Shown here piece by piece: positions 17,091-25,862 of a DNA stretch of 39,627 nucleotides; the first letter of the stretch is position 1, and every line of letters starts with the position of its first letter. Source of the DNA: Minisyncoccia bacterium (lineage in GTDB: Bacteria; Patescibacteriota; Minisyncoccia; Phycocordibacterales; UBA9973). The notes under the pieces were generated by a model. That model was not told where the DNA came from and searched no databases. It worked only from the letters and a program-made list of their open reading frames with translations. The translations under genes and the position numbers were made by a program. The stretch covers positions 1 through 39,627 of the forward strand of contig JBDHUP010000005.1 in assembly GCA_039809245.1 (NCBI GenBank), given 5' to 3'.

Positions 17091-17786
17091 ATGGTTGATT
17101 TCTCATCATTCGAAAAATTAACAGGGATTACGTTTAAAAATAAAAAGCTTCTAGAGCAGGCTTTTATTCATCGTTCTTATATAAACGAGAGTAATGGATC
17201 AAATTTATCTCACAATGAAAGATTAGAGTTTCTTGGAGATGCCGTTCTTGAACTTATAATCACTGACTATCTATATAATAAATACCCAGACAGAGATGAA
17301 GGAGATCTGACAGCTTACCGCTCAGCACTTGTGAATGCTGTGACTATCGGTGAATCAGCATTAGAACTTGGTATGAATGATTACTTACTGCTATCTAAAG
17401 GTGAAGCCAAGGATTCTGGCCGCGCTCGCAGTTACATACTTGCTAATACTTATGAAGCTTATGTTGGAGCTGTTTATATAGATCAGGGGTATGAAGTTGC
17501 GAAGCAATTCATATCTAAAACACTCTTTGGGAAAATAGATACAATCGTAGCCAAGAAGTTATGGCGTGATGCCAAGAGTCTAGTTCAAGAAAAAGCACAG
17601 GAATACCTAAGTGTAACTCCTTCATATCGCGTTATAAGTGAAGTTGGGCCAGATCATGATAAGCATTTCACCATAGGCGTATTTTTTGGAGATGAGAAGA
17701 TAGCAATAGGAAAAGGTAAAAGCAAACAAGAAGCTGAACAAGCTGCTGCTCGTTCTGCATTAGAAATTAAAGATTGGCTCGACTAA
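17091..17786 (+). CDS. rnc: Ribonuclease III
   Basis: The catalytic signature NERLEFLGDAVLEL is present, with a C-terminal dsRBD (GPDHDKHFTIGVFFGDEKIAIGKGKSKQEAEQAAARSALE). Confidence 0.96.
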   Translation: MVDFSSFEKLTGITFKNKKLLEQAFIHRSYINESNGSNLSHNERLEFLGDAVLELIITDYLYNKYPDRDEGDLTAYRSALVNAVTIGESALELGMNDYLLLSKGEAKDSGRARSYILANTYEAYVGAVYIDQGYEVAKQFISKTLFGKIDTIVAKKLWRDAKSLVQEKAQEYLSVTPSYRVISEVGPDHDKHFTIGVFFGDEKIAIGKGKSKQEAEQAAARSALEIKDWLD

Positions 17787-17787
17787 T

Positions 17788-20043
17788 ATGACACTCAAAG
17801 GAATCGAACTTGTAGGATTTAAATCATTCGGTAAAAAAAGTACGGTTTCTTTCTTAACACCTATTACAGCAGTTGTTGGACCAAATGGTTCAGGTAAATC
17901 AAACATAGTTGAATCTATTAGGTTCGTGTTAGGGGAGCAATCAATGAAGTCGCTCAGAGGAAAGGGTGGAGTTGACCTTATCTTTAAAGGTTCTAAAACT
18001 CTCTCTCAGTCAAATCGTGCTACTGTAACTATAACTTTTGATAATAGCAAAAAGATTTTCTCTTTTACGAATAGTGGTCTTGGTGTTTCTCTTGATTATG
18101 ATGAGATATCAATATCTCGTGAAGTTTTCACAGATGGAGCTAATGTCTATCGTATAAATGGGACAGAGGTAAGACTCAAAGACGTTGTTGATCTACTTGC
18201 TTCTGTAAACATAGGAAGTTCAGGCCACCATATAATATCTCAAGGTGAAGCTGACCGCGTTCTAAATGCTTCAAATAAAGATAGGCGAGCAATGATTGAA
18301 GATGCCCTAGGTTTGAAAGTATATCAATATAGAATTAAAGAATCTGAACGCAAATTAGAAAAGACTCAGATAAATATGAAAGAAGTTCAGGCTCTTCGTC
18401 GTGAGATTGCTCCACATTTAGCATTTCTGAAGAAACAGGTTCAAGTAGTGGAAAAAGCTCGTGCTATGCGTGAAGAACTTGGCAGTCTTTATAAAACTTA
18501 TTTCTCATCTGAATCAACATACATTCAAGAAGAAACAAAGAGACTTACCCATAACAGAAGAATTCTTGATGAGAAAGCTGTTTCTTTAGATGAACGTATA
18601 TCTTCACTTCAATCTGCGAAAGATGAAAGTAAAACAGAAAGTGAACATTTAAAGAAGATAAAAGATTTTGAATTTGAGCTTAGTAAGATAAGAACAATGA
18701 AGGATGATCGAGCTCGTTCGCTTGGACGAATCGAAGGTATAATCGAAGGTCTTGAAAGGGAAATATCTAGAACTTCAAAACAAGAAGAAAAGCTGATCCC
18801 TCTTTCAGAATGGAAATCGGCTATTTCAGATATCGAAGAAAATATTGATAGAGCTTTAGCAGCAGAAGATATGCCTGGAGTCATAGCTATATTGAAGGGA
18901 ATGAAAGAAAGATTGAAAAATTTCAATCTACAATCCAGTCAAACTCCAAAAGTAGATGATGAATTACAACAACAGTATAACGATCTAAAAAGTGAACACA
19001 GTAATCTTTCAGCTGAGCTCGATAAGATACAGTCACAAGAGAGAAATATAATAAAAGAAATAACAGACCTTAGAAACCTCGAAAACGAAGCTCAAAGCGA
19101 GCTTAGAGATAGTGAAAGGATGCTCTATGAACTTCTGTCACAGAAAAATGAAGTGACTTCGGATTTACACTCACTTGTTTTCGAAGAGGAAAAATTAGCC
19201 CAAATTAAAAGCGCCTTTGAGATGGAACTTGCTGAAGGTGGAGCTATTGTTGGGCGCGAAGTTCTCTCTTATGTACAGATCAAAGTAGACGGTGAGATAT
19301 TAAGAAGTACACAAGAAGAAATTAAGCGTAAAATTGAAAGAATAAAGATAAAGCTTGAAGATGCAGGTGGTGGGACAGGCGCTGAAGTTATGAAAGAATT
19401 CAAGGATACAGAGGAGAGAGATTTGTTCTTGGCTAAAGAGATAGAAGATTTAAACAAAAGTATCGAATCGATAAAGTCACTTATAAGTGAATTAAAAGAA
19501 ACTTTAGATAAAGAATTCAAAGGTGGAGTAGATAAGATAAACAAACAATTCCAAGAATTTTTCGCTCTTATGTTCGGGGGTGGCTCAGCTCATCTTTCTA
19601 TTGTGATGGATTATAAACGTCCAAAGAAATCTAGTGACACAGACGAAGAATTCGAAATAAGTGAAGAAGAAAATGAACTTGAATTTGATAGAGGTATAGA
19701 GATTAATGTGACATTACCACAGAAGAAAGTTAAAGATTTACATATGCTATCAGGAGGGGAGAGATCTCTAACATCTATAGCTCTACTATTCGCTATATCC
19801 CAAGTTAACCCACCACCGTTCTTGGTTCTCGATGAGACTGATGCTGCACTTGATGAAGCAAACTCTCGTAAGTATGGGAATATGCTAGAAAACCTATCTA
19901 AATACTCTCAGCTTGTAGTAGTAACCCACAACCGCGAGACTATGTCACGAGCTCAAGTCCTATATGGAGTAACTATGGATTCATCTGGTGCTTCAAAGCT
20001 CCTATCAATACACCTAGAAGATGCAAGTGCTTATGCAAAATAA
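17788..20043 (+). CDS. smc: SMC-family chromosome segregation ATPase, unusually short (751 aa) with no recognisable hinge
   Basis: The N-head shows FKSFGKKS...VVGPNGSGKSNIVESIRFVLGEQSMKSLRG. The C-head shows LSGGERSLTSIALLFAISQVNPPPFLVLDETDAALD and VVVTHNRETMSRAQVLYGVTM. The sequence between the heads is only charged coiled-coil-like. The gene sits directly after rnc, as in the Bacillus rnc-smc arrangement. Confidence 0.85.
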   Translation: MTLKGIELVGFKSFGKKSTVSFLTPITAVVGPNGSGKSNIVESIRFVLGEQSMKSLRGKGGVDLIFKGSKTLSQSNRATVTITFDNSKKIFSFTNSGLGVSLDYDEISISREVFTDGANVYRINGTEVRLKDVVDLLASVNIGSSGHHIISQGEADRVLNASNKDRRAMIEDALGLKVYQYRIKESERKLEKTQINMKEVQALRREIAPHLAFLKKQVQVVEKARAMREELGSLYKTYFSSESTYIQEETKRLTHNRRILDEKAVSLDERISSLQSAKDESKTESEHLKKIKDFEFELSKIRTMKDDRARSLGRIEGIIEGLEREISRTSKQEEKLIPLSEWKSAISDIEENIDRALAAEDMPGVIAILKGMKERLKNFNLQSSQTPKVDDELQQQYNDLKSEHSNLSAELDKIQSQERNIIKEITDLRNLENEAQSELRDSERMLYELLSQKNEVTSDLHSLVFEEEKLAQIKSAFEMELAEGGAIVGREVLSYVQIKVDGEILRSTQEEIKRKIERIKIKLEDAGGGTGAEVMKEFKDTEERDLFLAKEIEDLNKSIESIKSLISELKETLDKEFKGGVDKINKQFQEFFALMFGGGSAHLSIVMDYKRPKKSSDTDEEFEISEEENELEFDRGIEINVTLPQKKVKDLHMLSGGERSLTSIALLFAISQVNPPPFLVLDETDAALDEANSRKYGNMLENLSKYSQLVVVTHNRETMSRAQVLYGVTMDSSGASKLLSIHLEDASAYAK

Positions 20044-20066
20044 AACTACTCATTAAGAGTAGTTTT
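20042..20066. terminator. Bidirectional terminator between convergent smc and the CapA/VanY gene
   Basis: aaaactactc (20042-20051) pairs perfectly with gagtagtttt (20057-20066) around an attaa loop. The hairpin overlaps the stop codon of the minus-strand gene. Confidence 0.7.
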
Positions 20067-21686
20067 ATTTTCTTTTAAATATTCATTTACTGTTTGGCCA
20101 CTTTCTTTTATGGCTTTAGCATTTTCAATTCCTACATATCGGTAGTGCCATGCTTCATACATGTAACCGGTTATATCTTCTTTATCTTCTGGGTAGCTTT
20201 CTGAGAATCCATAAAGATAAGCATTTTTCCTAAGCCATTTATCTTCTACTGTTCCCTTAAACCTAGTCGTAGCTGACATGTTATCAATAGATGAACCTGT
20301 TAAATCTACAGCAACTCCTAGTTGGTGTTCAGAATGTCCAGGCTTTGCAACTGCAATAGATGCATTCTTATTTCCTTCTGCTATATTCCTCTCAAGTATA
20401 CTTTTCTGAGTTGCGTAATCTCTGAATCCAGAAGATACCTTTATTTTTACACCTTCTGTTTTTGCTTTCGTTATCATTTTCGTTATCGCTTCAGCTGCTT
20501 CTTCCTTTATACATACAGGTATAGTAGTAATTTTTTTATCCAGTAACTTTAAATCTGAAGGTATATAATGTTCGTCAGGTATAGCTACTTCTTGCCCGAC
20601 ATCTAGGTATGAGTAATCTGGATACTTTTTATCTGGGACTGGGCAAGGGTTTGGCACAGGCTTTTCTTCTGGAAATTCAAATATTCCTTCAGGTTGATAT
20701 TTTTTATTTAGAGTTATTAACTTTTTATTTGTTTCTATTAAGTCTTTACCTAAAAATGTAGCTTCAAATAACATTCCTTTCATTGTATCTTTTGAGAAAT
20801 ATTGGTCAAAAATAAAGTTCCCAAGAGAATATACAATTGGATGTTCTTTATATATTTCTATATCTTGCATTGTATGAGGGTGATGACCTACTACAATATC
20901 TGCTCCATTATCTATAGCTGTGTGGGCAAGAGCCTCCTGTTTTTTATTATGAGTTTTCTCATATTCAGTGCCCCAATGGAAAGAAACTATTAATACATCT
21001 ACTTGTTGTTTTGCGTTTTTGATAATTTCTCCAAGTCTCGGATCGCTTGCAAGAAGAATACCAGCTGATGTATCGGTAGCTTTAATCCAGTCAGGTCCTA
21101 CATCAGAGAATCCGATGAATCCGAATTTTACTCCATTTTTCTCTATTATCTTTGGAATTTCTGCTTCACTTTTATTCATACCTGCTCCTGTTTGTAAGAT
21201 TCCAGCATTGTCTAACCTATTGAGAGTATCTTTAAAAGCGCCAATATTCCAGTCTCCAACATGATTATTTGCAAAAGAGACTATATCAAAACCTGCATTA
21301 TTAATAGCTTCTAAAACAATAGGATCCATCCTGAATGAGTATTTACTCCCAACATTATTCCCAATATCTGAGACAGGACCCTCTAAATTTCCAAATAAAA
21401 TATCAGCATTTTTTAGTTCTCTTAGATTTGTAAAAAGTTGATTATAATCGCCTCCAAAATTTTTTACTACAGAAGTTTTTACACTTCGATCAAGCATCAT
21501 ATCGCCAACAAAATATATTTTAGTTTCTTTTGCTGGTATTTCTTCTACAATAGGAACTTCATTAACAGCAGCTGTCTGTGTTTCAGATTTAACACTCTCT
21601 ACTGTTTTTGAAATTGAGTATCCTAGGTTTACCCATATAATAGCTATAAATATAGCAAGTATTGTAATTGTTGTTTTTCTTCTCAT
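20046..21686 (-). CDS. Membrane-anchored fusion of a CapA/PGA_cap metallophosphoesterase-type domain and a C-terminal VanY/M15B D-Ala-D-Ala carboxypeptidase domain
   Basis: It has an N-terminal TM segment (TITILAIFIAIIWVNLGY). CapA-type motifs are YFVGDMMLDRS, FANNHVGDW, SFHWGTEYE and VVGHHPH. The M15B motifs at the C-terminus are SSGFRDYATQ, KPGHSEHQLGVAVDL and EAWHYRYVG. Confidence 0.85.
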   Translation of the reverse strand: MRRKTTITILAIFIAIIWVNLGYSISKTVESVKSETQTAAVNEVPIVEEIPAKETKIYFVGDMMLDRSVKTSVVKNFGGDYNQLFTNLRELKNADILFGNLEGPVSDIGNNVGSKYSFRMDPIVLEAINNAGFDIVSFANNHVGDWNIGAFKDTLNRLDNAGILQTGAGMNKSEAEIPKIIEKNGVKFGFIGFSDVGPDWIKATDTSAGILLASDPRLGEIIKNAKQQVDVLIVSFHWGTEYEKTHNKKQEALAHTAIDNGADIVVGHHPHTMQDIEIYKEHPIVYSLGNFIFDQYFSKDTMKGMLFEATFLGKDLIETNKKLITLNKKYQPEGIFEFPEEKPVPNPCPVPDKKYPDYSYLDVGQEVAIPDEHYIPSDLKLLDKKITTIPVCIKEEAAEAITKMITKAKTEGVKIKVSSGFRDYATQKSILERNIAEGNKNASIAVAKPGHSEHQLGVAVDLTGSSIDNMSATTRFKGTVEDKWLRKNAYLYGFSESYPEDKEDITGYMYEAWHYRYVGIENAKAIKESGQTVNEYLKENKTTLNE

Positions 21687-21699
21687 TTTTAAATTTTGT

Positions 21700-23643
21700 T
21701 TAAACTATTGCGTAGTCAATCGTTTTCTTATTTCTATCAGTACCTTTGACTTCAAACTTCACACGGTCTCCTAAAGTATATTTACGGTGAGTTTTCTGGC
21801 CTTTGATACTCATATATTTTTTATCAAATACATAGTAGTCATTTTTCAAGTCACGCATTCTAACCATACCTTCACATTTAGTTTTCAGGTCTTCAATATA
21901 AAGACCCCATTCAGTTACTCCAGTTATAATACCATCAAATTTCTGTCCGATTCTTGTAGACATATATTCTACTTGTTTGTATTTAATAGATGCACGTTCT
22001 GCTTCAGCCGCTTCCTTCTCACGATTAGAAGCTTCAGTACTCATATGTTCGTATTCAAACCAACGTTCCTTTGGAATTACTTCATCTTTTAAGAATGAGT
22101 TCAATAATCTATGTACGATTACATCTGGGTATCGACGGATAGGTGAAGTGAAGTGAGTATAGAACTTAAATCCTAATCCCCAGTGACCGATATTTTTTGT
22201 GGAGTAAATGGCCTTAGCCATAGTTCGAATAATAGCAGTGTGGACAGTGTCGCGAAGAGGGTTGTGCTCTAGTTTACCAATAAGTGAGTTTATTTCTTCT
22301 GGTGGAATTATGCCATCTTTAAGTCTCATATTGTAGCCGAGCTTTTTTAGGAACATTACTAAGTCCTGCATTTTTTCCTTGTTCGGAGTGTCGTGTACAC
22401 GGTATAAGAAAACTCCCGGAGTTCCTTTCTTTTTACTAGACATAAACTCAGCCACTCGTCTATTGGCCATTAACATAAATTCTTCTATTAATTTATGAGT
22501 GTCTCCACGTTCTTTTGTATAAACTGAGAGAGGGACACCGTTTTCATCTAACTTGAACTTCACCTCTTCTTGTTCTAAAGAAATAGCTCCTTCTGCGAAT
22601 CTTTTTTTTAGCAATTTCTTAGCTATAGCATTAAGAGTTTTCAATTCTTCGAAGAAAGTTCCATGGCCATCATCTAGAACTTTTTGAGCATTTTCATAGG
22701 TAAATCTTTTATCAGAATGTATTACTGTTCTACCGAACCATTCTTTATGAATATGCCCGGTTCCATCAACTTCAAAAATAGCTGAGAAGGTGAGCCGATC
22801 AACATTCGGATTTAGACTGCATAGTCCATTAGAAAGCTCTTCTGGAAGCATAGGAATAGTGCGATCGACAAGGTAAACAGAAGTCCCTCTGCGTCGAGCT
22901 TCTTCATCTAATGCTGTGCCATCTCTGACGTAGTAAGACACGTCGGCAATATGAATGCCAATTTCAAAGTGCCCATGATCTAACTTCTTGAAAGATAAGG
23001 CATCATCGAAATCTTTTGCATCTTCTGGATCAATGGTAAAAGTAATAGTATCGCGCATATCACGGCGATCTTTTAAATCTTTTTCTTGGATTCCATCTTG
23101 TGCAATTTTTTTTGCTTCTTTATCTACAGCAGGAGGGAATAGTGCGTCGAAGCCTTTCTCAAGAGCGATAGCTTCCATTTCTGCGTTGTGTTCCATAGGC
23201 ATACCAAGAATTTTTGCGACTTCACCTATAGGGGCTTTCTTGGCATCTTTCCATTCAGTTATGATTACGAATACTTTCTGGCCGATTTTTGCTCCATTTA
23301 ATTTATTCTCTGGAATGACAATATCGGAATACATTTTTAGATCACTTGGTATTAAGAAATAGGTATCATGCTCTTTCTCTATAATTCCAGAGAATCCTTT
23401 TTTTGATCTACGTAATATTTCAGATACTTCACCGACAAGTGATCCATCTTTTGCTTTTGGATGCATTAGGATCTTTACAGTATCGCCCTGGCAGGCAGTA
23501 TGTAGGAATGAGTGATCTACCTCTATTACATCATTTGTATGGGGTATACGGACAGTTCCAATACCTTTGTGGGATATATGCATAATACCCTCCATATATC
23601 TATTAGTAGTCTGCTTGGATTTTACTTTCTTAGGTTTTTTCAC
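21700..23643 (-). CDS. rnr: Ribonuclease R / RNase II family 3'-5' exoribonuclease
   Basis: RNB-domain motifs are FTIDPEDAKDFDDALS, VYLVDRTIPMLPEELSNGLCSL and FTSPIRRYPDVIVHRLL. A C-terminal S1 domain is present (GQKFDGIITGVTEWGLYIED). The listed start is a GTG at 23643. Alternative ATG starts are at 23595 and 23583; the latter is preceded by GGAGGG (23593-23588 on the minus strand). Confidence 0.93.
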   Translation of the reverse strand: MKKPKKVKSKQTTNRYMEGIMHISHKGIGTVRIPHTNDVIEVDHSFLHTACQGDTVKILMHPKAKDGSLVGEVSEILRRSKKGFSGIIEKEHDTYFLIPSDLKMYSDIVIPENKLNGAKIGQKVFVIITEWKDAKKAPIGEVAKILGMPMEHNAEMEAIALEKGFDALFPPAVDKEAKKIAQDGIQEKDLKDRRDMRDTITFTIDPEDAKDFDDALSFKKLDHGHFEIGIHIADVSYYVRDGTALDEEARRRGTSVYLVDRTIPMLPEELSNGLCSLNPNVDRLTFSAIFEVDGTGHIHKEWFGRTVIHSDKRFTYENAQKVLDDGHGTFFEELKTLNAIAKKLLKKRFAEGAISLEQEEVKFKLDENGVPLSVYTKERGDTHKLIEEFMLMANRRVAEFMSSKKKGTPGVFLYRVHDTPNKEKMQDLVMFLKKLGYNMRLKDGIIPPEEINSLIGKLEHNPLRDTVHTAIIRTMAKAIYSTKNIGHWGLGFKFYTHFTSPIRRYPDVIVHRLLNSFLKDEVIPKERWFEYEHMSTEASNREKEAAEAERASIKYKQVEYMSTRIGQKFDGIITGVTEWGLYIEDLKTKCEGMVRMRDLKNDYYVFDKKYMSIKGQKTHRKYTLGDRVKFEVKGTDRNKKTIDYAIV

Positions 23644-23671
23644 AGTCGCAGTATACCATAAATAAGGATAC

Positions 23672-23700
23672 TTGATTCATATAATCCTTTATGGTAGGAT
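23672..23700 (+). promoter_or_regulatory. Candidate rpsP promoter (TTGATT - 17 nt - TAGGAT); the -10 ends 6 nt before the ATG
   Basis: ttgatt lies at 23672-23677 and taggat at 23695-23700. The ATG is at 23707. Confidence 0.35.
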
Positions 23701-23706
23701 AGCCCT

Positions 23707-24012
23707 ATGTTAATGATTCGACTACAAAGAACAGGACGCAAGAACGACCCGAGCTTTAGGGTTGTTTTAACTGATTCAAAGAACGCAGCTAAGAGTGGAA
23801 AGTTCAAAGAGATTCTAGGGTCATACAATCTAAAAAGTGGGGAAGTACTATTTAAGGCTGACCGTATTTCTTATTGGATAGGTCATGGTGCTCAGACATC
23901 TGATACTGTCCACAACTTCCTTGTACAACAGAAACTAGTTGAAGGAAAGAAAAAGAATGTTCTAGCTAAGAAATCTCCGACAAAAGCTCGAAAAGAACTT
24001 AAAAAAGCTTAA
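23707..24012 (+). CDS. rpsP: 30S ribosomal protein S16
   Basis: MLMIRLQRTGRKNDPSFRVVLTDSK matches the S16 N-terminal signature. The protein has a basic C-terminal extension. Confidence 0.95.
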   Translation: MLMIRLQRTGRKNDPSFRVVLTDSKNAAKSGKFKEILGSYNLKSGEVLFKADRISYWIGHGAQTSDTVHNFLVQQKLVEGKKKNVLAKKSPTKARKELKKA

Positions 24013-24014
24013 TT

Positions 24015-24041
24015 AAAATCCTCCATAATATGGGGGATTTT
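24015..24041 (+). terminator. Rho-independent terminator after rpsP
   Basis: aaaatcctcc (24015-24024) pairs with gggggatttt (24032-24041) around a 7-nt loop, with one G-U pair. The stem ends in a T run. Confidence 0.7.
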
Positions 24042-24043
24042 AA

Positions 24044-24073
24044 TTGCACAAGATTTAGCGTATGTGATATAAT
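24044..24073 (+). promoter_or_regulatory. Strong candidate sigma70 promoter (TTGCAC - 18 nt - TGaTATAAT) for the KH-domain gene
   Basis: ttgcac lies at 24044-24049. The extended -10 has tg at 24065-24066 and tataat at 24068-24073. About 55-60 nt of leader precede the ATG at 24137. Confidence 0.6.
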
Positions 24074-24136
24074 TTACAGACAGGCAGGTTGTAGTCGATA
24101 CACTGCAAAGATTACGAGTAATATGAAAAAGACTAT

Positions 24137-24484
24137 ATGGCAGATGATAAAGCTTTTCTAGAATATATTGTAAAAGCGTTGGTTGATAACCCAGACGATG
24201 TCAAAATTGACCGTACTGTAGATGAAATGGGGGTCCTCATTACTATGACAGTAAATGCGGCAGATATGGGTAAGATAATTGGAAGACAAGGTAATACAGC
24301 AAAAGCGATTCGTACACTATTACGTGTAATAGGTATGAAGAACAATGCTCGTGTAAACCTAAAGATTAATGAACCAGAAGGTGGGTCAACTCATCATGAG
24401 CACTCTGCGTCAGCCCCACAAGCTTCAGCTAGTGAAGCTTCACGAAGTGTAGATTCAGCATTAGAAGATTTGAAAGGAATTTAA
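24137..24484 (+). CDS. khpA: KH-domain RNA-binding protein (KhpA/YlqC, UPF0109 family) with a low-complexity C-terminal extension
   Basis: LEYIVKALVDNPDDVKIDRTVDEMGVLITMTVNAADMGKIIGRQGNTAKAIRTLLRV contains the GxxG KH motif. Its position after rpsP is the conserved one. Confidence 0.85.
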   Translation: MADDKAFLEYIVKALVDNPDDVKIDRTVDEMGVLITMTVNAADMGKIIGRQGNTAKAIRTLLRVIGMKNNARVNLKINEPEGGSTHHEHSASAPQASASEASRSVDSALEDLKGI

Positions 24485-24917
24485 TAAGAGATATAAAAAA
24501 GCCAGTCACATCCGTGACTGGCTTTTTGCTAAAAATTTTAGCTTCGTCTTCTTCATTGTCCAAAGGTTTTGATACTCTGTAGTTTACCGCCCATTCTGCC
24601 CAATCACTGAAATAGAAAAATATTTTATGAGTACATCTCATTTGATGCTCAATATCAATTTCAAATTTCACTGTTAGGAACTTTAGGAACTCAATCCACC
24701 CAAACTCAATTTCTTCCCGGTCCTCTTCTGACTCCATTTTTTTCAGGCTTTTTTCAATGGATTGCATATACGTTCCTATTTTTGGAATTATGCTCTCTCC
24801 AATTTCGGCAAGTTCGGAAGCATTTTTAGATTCCTTATAAGAATCACGATTTCCTGTTACAAAATCCTCTGTTAAGAATGTAAATAAATCTGCGGTGGTT
24901 ATTTTTTTGGTCGACAT
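24429..24917 (-). CDS. Hypothetical acidic protein, antisense-oriented between the KH gene and trmD
   Basis: This is the only long ORF in the 525-nt gap between the KH gene stop and the trmD start. The sequence is non-repetitive and protein-like (..FGWIEFLKFLTVKFEIDIEHQMRCTHKIFFYFSDWAEWAVNY..). The 3' end is doubtful because it runs through the terminator hairpin and overlaps the KH gene by 56 nt. Confidence 0.5.
   Translation of the reverse strand: MSTKKITTADLFTFLTEDFVTGNRDSYKESKNASELAEIGESIIPKIGTYMQSIEKSLKKMESEEDREEIEFGWIEFLKFLTVKFEIDIEHQMRCTHKIFFYFSDWAEWAVNYRVSKPLDNEEDEAKIFSKKPVTDVTGFFISLIKFLSNLLMLNLHFVKLH
24495..24527. terminator. Bidirectional rho-independent terminator (9-bp GC-rich stem flanked by A6 and T5)
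   Basis: The sequence reads aaaaaa gccagtcac atcc gtgactggc ttttt. The stem arms are 24501-24509 and 24514-24522. The hairpin lies inside the 3' part of the minus-strand ORF 24429..24917. Confidence 0.8.
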
Positions 24918-24974
24918 AGTTATAAGTTTTAAGGTTAGAGTTGTTTATTTTTTATATTACATCTATTTACAAAA

Positions 24975-25003
24975 GTGTCAAATTAGAGACTTTGTGCTAT
25001 ATT
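24975..25003 (+). promoter_or_regulatory. Candidate trmD promoter (GTGTCA - 17 nt - TGcTATATT); the -10 ends 6 nt before the ATG
   Basis: tg lies at 24995-24996 and tatatt at 24998-25003. The ATG is at 25010. Confidence 0.35.
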
Positions 25004-25009
25004 AGCCTT

Positions 25010-25699
25010 ATGAATTTTCATATAGTGACTCTTTTCCCAGAAATGTTCGACTCATATATAAATGAGTCTATTTTAGGGCGGGCAATTAAGGAGAAGAAGA
25101 TATCTGTCTCTTTTGTAAATCCTCGTAATTTTGTATCTGGTAAGTATAAGAAAGTCTGGCCGGATGGAAATGTATCACTACAGGTGGATGAACGACCATA
25201 TGCTGGTGGTCCTGGAATGGTTATGATGGCCGAGCCGATAATAAAAGCTGTTGAATCAATAACTAAAAAATTAAAAAAGAAAAAGAAAGCAAAAATTCTT
25301 ACAATCAACTTTATACCAAGTGCTGAGAAATTTAATACAAAAGCTGCCAAGAATATTTCGAAAAAGTATACAGATATTATTATGATTTGTGGACGCTACG
25401 AGGGCATCGATGCACGTGTAGATAAAATTCTTAAAACCAAAAAGTATTCAATAGGGGATTACGTTCTCACTGGTGGAGAAATCCCAGCGATGGTTCTAAT
25501 AGATTCAATTTCACGCCAAGTTGAAGGAGTCCTTGGGAACTTCGATTCTCGCGAAGAAGAACGCACCTCATCTAGCGAAGTCTACACTCGCCCAGAAGTC
25601 CTAATACACAATGGCAAGAAGTACAAAGTCCCAAAAGTTCTTCTTTCAGGGAACCATAAAGAAATAAATAAGTGGAAGTTGACAAAGAAAGCCATATAG
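25010..25699 (+). CDS. trmD: tRNA (guanine37-N1)-methyltransferase
   Basis: MNFHIVTLFPEMF matches the canonical TrmD start, so 25010 is preferred over the listed 24941. Further motifs are CGRYEGIDARV and SIGDYVLTGGEIPAMVLIDSISR. A Lys-rich insertion (KKLKKKKKAK) is present. Confidence 0.93.
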   Translation: MNFHIVTLFPEMFDSYINESILGRAIKEKKISVSFVNPRNFVSGKYKKVWPDGNVSLQVDERPYAGGPGMVMMAEPIIKAVESITKKLKKKKKAKILTINFIPSAEKFNTKAAKNISKKYTDIIMICGRYEGIDARVDKILKTKKYSIGDYVLTGGEIPAMVLIDSISRQVEGVLGNFDSREEERTSSSEVYTRPEVLIHNGKKYKVPKVLLSGNHKEINKWKLTKKAI

Positions 25700-25862
25700 T
25701 ATAAGATAATACCCAGTGAATATCGATTGAGTTATGGCAGATCAATCACTACTTAAGTTAATAAACATAGAGCTTGTGTTTAAAATAAATAACTGCCAAT
25801 TTTAATAGCTACGAACAGTAAGGTTTGGTCACCTTAGTGTTTTTTCATTTTAATATTTTCGT

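Noticed and set aside
16213-17109. Antisense and alternate-frame ORFs over the nusB-NUDIX gene (16213..16512, 16544..16732, 16560..16772, 16690..17109, 16842..17051)
   Set aside because: They are fully overlapped by a gene with two well-supported domains. Their Ser/Phe/Ile-rich translations are typical of the antisense of Glu/Lys-rich coding sequence.
24123-24161. Short upstream ORF (MKKTIWQMIKLF) overlapping the KH gene start
   Set aside because: It is 12 codons long, out of frame, has no SD and cannot be assessed for conservation, so it is probably chance in AT-rich leader sequence.
25018-25350. Minus-strand 110-aa ORF inside trmD, and similar antisense ORFs in gyrB, thrS, smc, rnr, rpoB and rpoC
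   Set aside because: All are nested antisense to genes with strong family signatures, and none has a supporting promoter, terminator or motif.
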